Assembly (NCBI GenBank): GCA_032718475.1
Contig: JAUCBJ010006144.1
Coordinates: 1-36,461 of the forward strand
Source: Nemertoderma westbladi
Lineage: Eukaryota; Animalia; Xenacoelomorpha
Reading direction: 5' to 3'
DNA length: 36,461 nucleotides
Shown: one piece after another, positions 35,671 to 36,461 of the stretch
How positions within the stretch are numbered: the stretch's first letter is position 1
Layout of the letters: every line of letters begins with the position of its first letter
Translations under genes and position numbers: made by a program
The notes under the pieces: model-generated
What the model saw: only the letters and a program-made list of their open reading frames with translations
What the model was told of the DNA's origin: nothing
Database searches by the model: none

Positions 35671-35805
35671 GTGCTTGTGACGTCACATCGACTAGAGATT
35701 GCCCCGCCCACTCCTATTGTGATTTATCCAGCCAGGTACCTCCAGTAGAAAACTGCTTTTGTTATAATAACTATGAATTTTATAACCAACAGTGTGTTGC
35801 AACAA
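35671..35805 (+). CDS. Exon encoding an EGF-like domain (module 3)
   Basis: tttctatcag|...|gtgagt, 135 bp, phase 1-1. Translates ACDVTSTRDCPAHSYCDLSSQVPPVENCFCYNNYEFYNQQCVAT. Confidence 0.85.
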
Positions 35806-35916
35806 GTGAGTTTATTCAAATAAAGATTGCGTAATAATCCAAAAAAAAAAAAGTTTAAAAACGTTTTTAATATAATTCGCATGTGCAATAATTTTATTCC
35901 AAAAATTGCCTTTCCA

Positions 35917-36253
35917 CCCCCCCCCCCCCCCCCCCCCCCGGCCCATGTGAAGTATACCAGTATACCATGTGGAGTACATCCCCCCCCCCGGCCCAAGTGA
36001 ACCAAGTGAAGTATACCAGTATACCATGTGGAGTACATCCCCCCCCCCCGGCCCATGTGAAGTACACCAGAATACCATGTGGAGTAAATCCCCCCCCGGC
36101 CCAAGTGAAGTATACCAGTATACCATGTGGAGTACATCCCCCCCCCGGCCCATGTGAAGTACACCAGTATACCATGTGGAGTACATCCCCCCCCCCACCC
36201 CGGCCCATGTGAAGTACACCAGTATACCATGTGGAGTACATGCCCCCCCCCCC
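35917..36253. repeat. Tandem repeat of about 50 bp (6 units) with variable poly-C linkers
   Basis: GGCCCATGTGAAGTA(T/C)ACCAGTATACCATGTGGAGTACAT-(C)n starting at about 35940, 35990, 36050, 36098, 36147 and 36202. Confidence 0.92.
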
Positions 36254-36461
36254 TTTTTAATAGCCGTAAATCAAATTTAATTCGGACGATCTTGATTTGG
36301 TATGTCCATTTTTTTGCGTTTATATGCTGTACAGTAGAGAAGCGAAAGTTTGAAAGCTTTTGTTCTGGGTTCGAGCCCTAATAGGATCGGTTAATATTTT
36401 TTCTATGAAGTGCGTTAATGTGATACCATTTTATTTTAGTAATAATTTCAGTAATTTAAGG

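Noticed and set aside
35724-36381. Gly-rich ORFs
   Set aside because: Translations of the roughly 50-bp repeat, with poly-C/G linkers of variable, non-triplet length.

Overview
AT-rich, repeat-dense animal genomic DNA, probably from an invertebrate (the taxon cannot be fixed from sequence alone). It has two host-gene components. The first is an uninterrupted, GC-rich 4.17-kb ORF (17673-21842, +) encoding a 1389-aa thymine-DNA glycosylase (TDG/Thd1-like) with intact catalytic motifs, long low-complexity arms and internal coding tandem repeats. The second is a run of three phase-1 exons (30362-30490, 34883-35008, 35671-35805, +), each encoding one six-cysteine EGF-like module; two of them are missed by the ORF track. 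Most of the remainder is transposon debris: Gypsy and BEL/Pao LTR relics, an L2-clade LINE, two RTE-like LINE families, a probable Crack/Daphne fragment, a tRNA-derived Nin/Deu-type SINE, several MITE families and a Helentron-like element. There are also four non-coding tandem arrays (10, 27, 63 and about 50 bp units). A nested-insertion cluster at 6.2-16.4 kb can be put in order from target-site duplications (TSDs). It includes a CAG-terminated TIR element whose 5-bp TSD is confirmed by an empty site elsewhere in the window. No prokaryotic-type system (CRISPR, operon) is present, and no clearly new system is demonstrated. The best leads are the single-exon giant TDG, the motif family just upstream of it, and the 5-bp-TSD element.
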